From Candidatus Fraserbacteria bacterium (GTDB lineage Bacteria > Bipolaricaulota > Bipolaricaulia > RBG-16-55-9): a DNA stretch of 64,000 nt. A program made the position numbers and the translations under genes. Under the pieces are notes generated by a model, which was given only the letters and a program-made list of their open reading frames with translations, did no database searches and was not told the origin of the DNA. The stretch spans positions 18,546-82,545 of the forward strand of contig JBBIOR010000005.1 in the NCBI GenBank assembly GCA_037443265.1, read 5' to 3'. Every line of letters begins with the position of its first letter. Positions within the stretch are counted from its first letter, which is position 1. Shown here piece by piece: positions 62,803 through 64,000 of this stretch.

Positions 62803-64000
62803 GCAGCCTGCTCATCCGCGCAAAGAGAGATTCACCACGGATTCAAGCATCGAGCTTAAGCCCTTCTACAGCCCCGAGGATCTGCCAAGCTTCGATGCTA
62901 AGAGCCAGCTGGGCTTCCCGGGAGAGTATCCCTTCACCCGTGGCATCTATCCCACGATGTATCGAGGTCGGCTCTGGACCATGAGGCAATATGCCGGCTT
63001 CGGCACGGCCGAAGAGACGAACGCGCGCTATCGTTATCTAATCGCGCAGGGGCAGATGGGGCTTTCGGTGGCGTTTGATCTCCCCACCCAGATGGGCTTG
63101 GATTCTGATCACCCCTTGGCAGAAGGGGAAGTAGGCCAAGCGGGTGTGGCCATCTCTTCCGTAGAAGACATGGAGCGCTTGTTCGCGGGAATCCCATTAG
63201 AGCAGATCTCCACGTCCATGACGATCAATGCTCCGGCCGCGATCCTTCTGGCCATGTATATGGCCGTGGCCGGGCAGCAGGGCGTCCCTAAGGAGCGCTT
63301 GTCCGGCACGGTCCAGAACGACATTCTCAAAGAATACATCGCGCGCAAGACGTACATCTTTCCGCCCTCCTTCTCGATGAGATTGGCCACGGACACGATC
63401 CTCTACTGTGCGAAACATCTTCCCAAGTGGAATCCCATCTCGATCAGCGGCTATCACCTAAGAGAAGCCGGGGCGACGGCCGTGCAAGAGATTGCCTTCA
63501 CGTTCGCCAATGCGATCGCCTACGTAGAGGCCGTCTTGAAGCGCGGCCTCTCTGTGGATGAGTTTGCGCCCAAGCTCTCGTTCTTCTTCTCGTGTGATCG
63601 GCACTTCTTTGAGGAGATCGCCAAATTTCGTGCCGCACGGCGGCTGTGGGCCAGAATCGTCAAAGAGCGCTTCGGCGCCAAGAAGAAGGAATCGATGATG
63701 CTGCGCTTCCACACTCAAACGGGGGGCTCGACGCTGGCGGCCCAGCAGCCGCTTAATAACATCATCCGCACGACACTGGAGGCGCTGGCGGCCGTGCTGG
63801 GCGGCACGCAGTCACTCCACACGAACTCGTATGACGAAGCGCTGGCTCTGCCGAGCGAGCAGGCCGTGCTCATCGCACTTAGAACCCAGCAGATCATCGC
63901 CGAAGAATCCGGCGCAGCGGATGTGATAGATGCTTTGGCCGGCTCGTATTATCTGGAGTGGCTGACGGCAGAGCTCGAAAGACGAACCCAGGAGTACATC
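62795..64000 (+). CDS. Methylmalonyl-CoA mutase large subunit, 3' end beyond window
   Basis: Not in ORF track; [51 protein letters not shown]. Confidence 0.93.
   Translation, partial: MVKQPAHPRKERFTTDSSIELKPFYSPEDLPSFDAKSQLGFPGEYPFTRGIYPTMYRGRLWTMRQYAGFGTAEETNARYRYLIAQGQMGLSVAFDLPTQMGLDSDHPLAEGEVGQAGVAISSVEDMERLFAGIPLEQISTSMTINAPAAILLAMYMAVAGQQGVPKERLSGTVQNDILKEYIARKTYIFPPSFSMRLATDTILYCAKHLPKWNPISISGYHLREAGATAVQEIAFTFANAIAYVEAVLKRGLSVDEFAPKLSFFFSCDRHFFEEIAKFRAARRLWARIVKERFGAKKKESMMLRFHTQTGGSTLAAQQPLNNIIRTTLEALAAVLGGTQSLHTNSYDEALALPSEQAVLIALRTQQIIAEESGAADVIDALAGSYYLEWLTAELERRTQEYI

Overview
GC-rich bacterial chromosome window; gene content (bifunctional FBP aldolase/phosphatase, archaeal-type PncB, insertion-rich RpoC, C-terminally anchored coiled-coil envelope proteins) suggests a deep-branching anaerobe/thermophile such as Bipolaricaulota (inference only). 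It holds a partial tRNA-Gly, accD/accA, an ABC-2 exporter, the str-S10-spc-alpha ribosomal superoperon (no tuf, no rpmD), a stand-alone rpoC with its own promoter and structured leader, pcrA, hpf, rimI, thrS, hslUV, dciA, a probable oriC not linked to dnaA, tsaD, hpt, fbp, rmlA, larB, hup, an alkyltransferase-EndoV fusion, and a biotin carboxylase/BCCP/methylmalonyl-CoA mutase operon. Most notable: (1) infA appears to start at a non-canonical ATC codon; (2) an accessory island with an RQ-type Crp regulator, three TGTC-N8-GACA boxes at a 23-bp period, a fourth copy closing the cassette, a possible secreted prepropeptide, a Tat substrate and HEPN-MNT; (3) a tyrosine recombinase + ubiquitin-like gene + dif-like palindrome between two divergent paralogous coiled-coil genes; (4) an oriC beside dciA with mirror-image DnaA-trio arrays; (5) a thrS leader hairpin with a GGU loop. 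All calls come from reading the sequence; no searches or folding programs were run.
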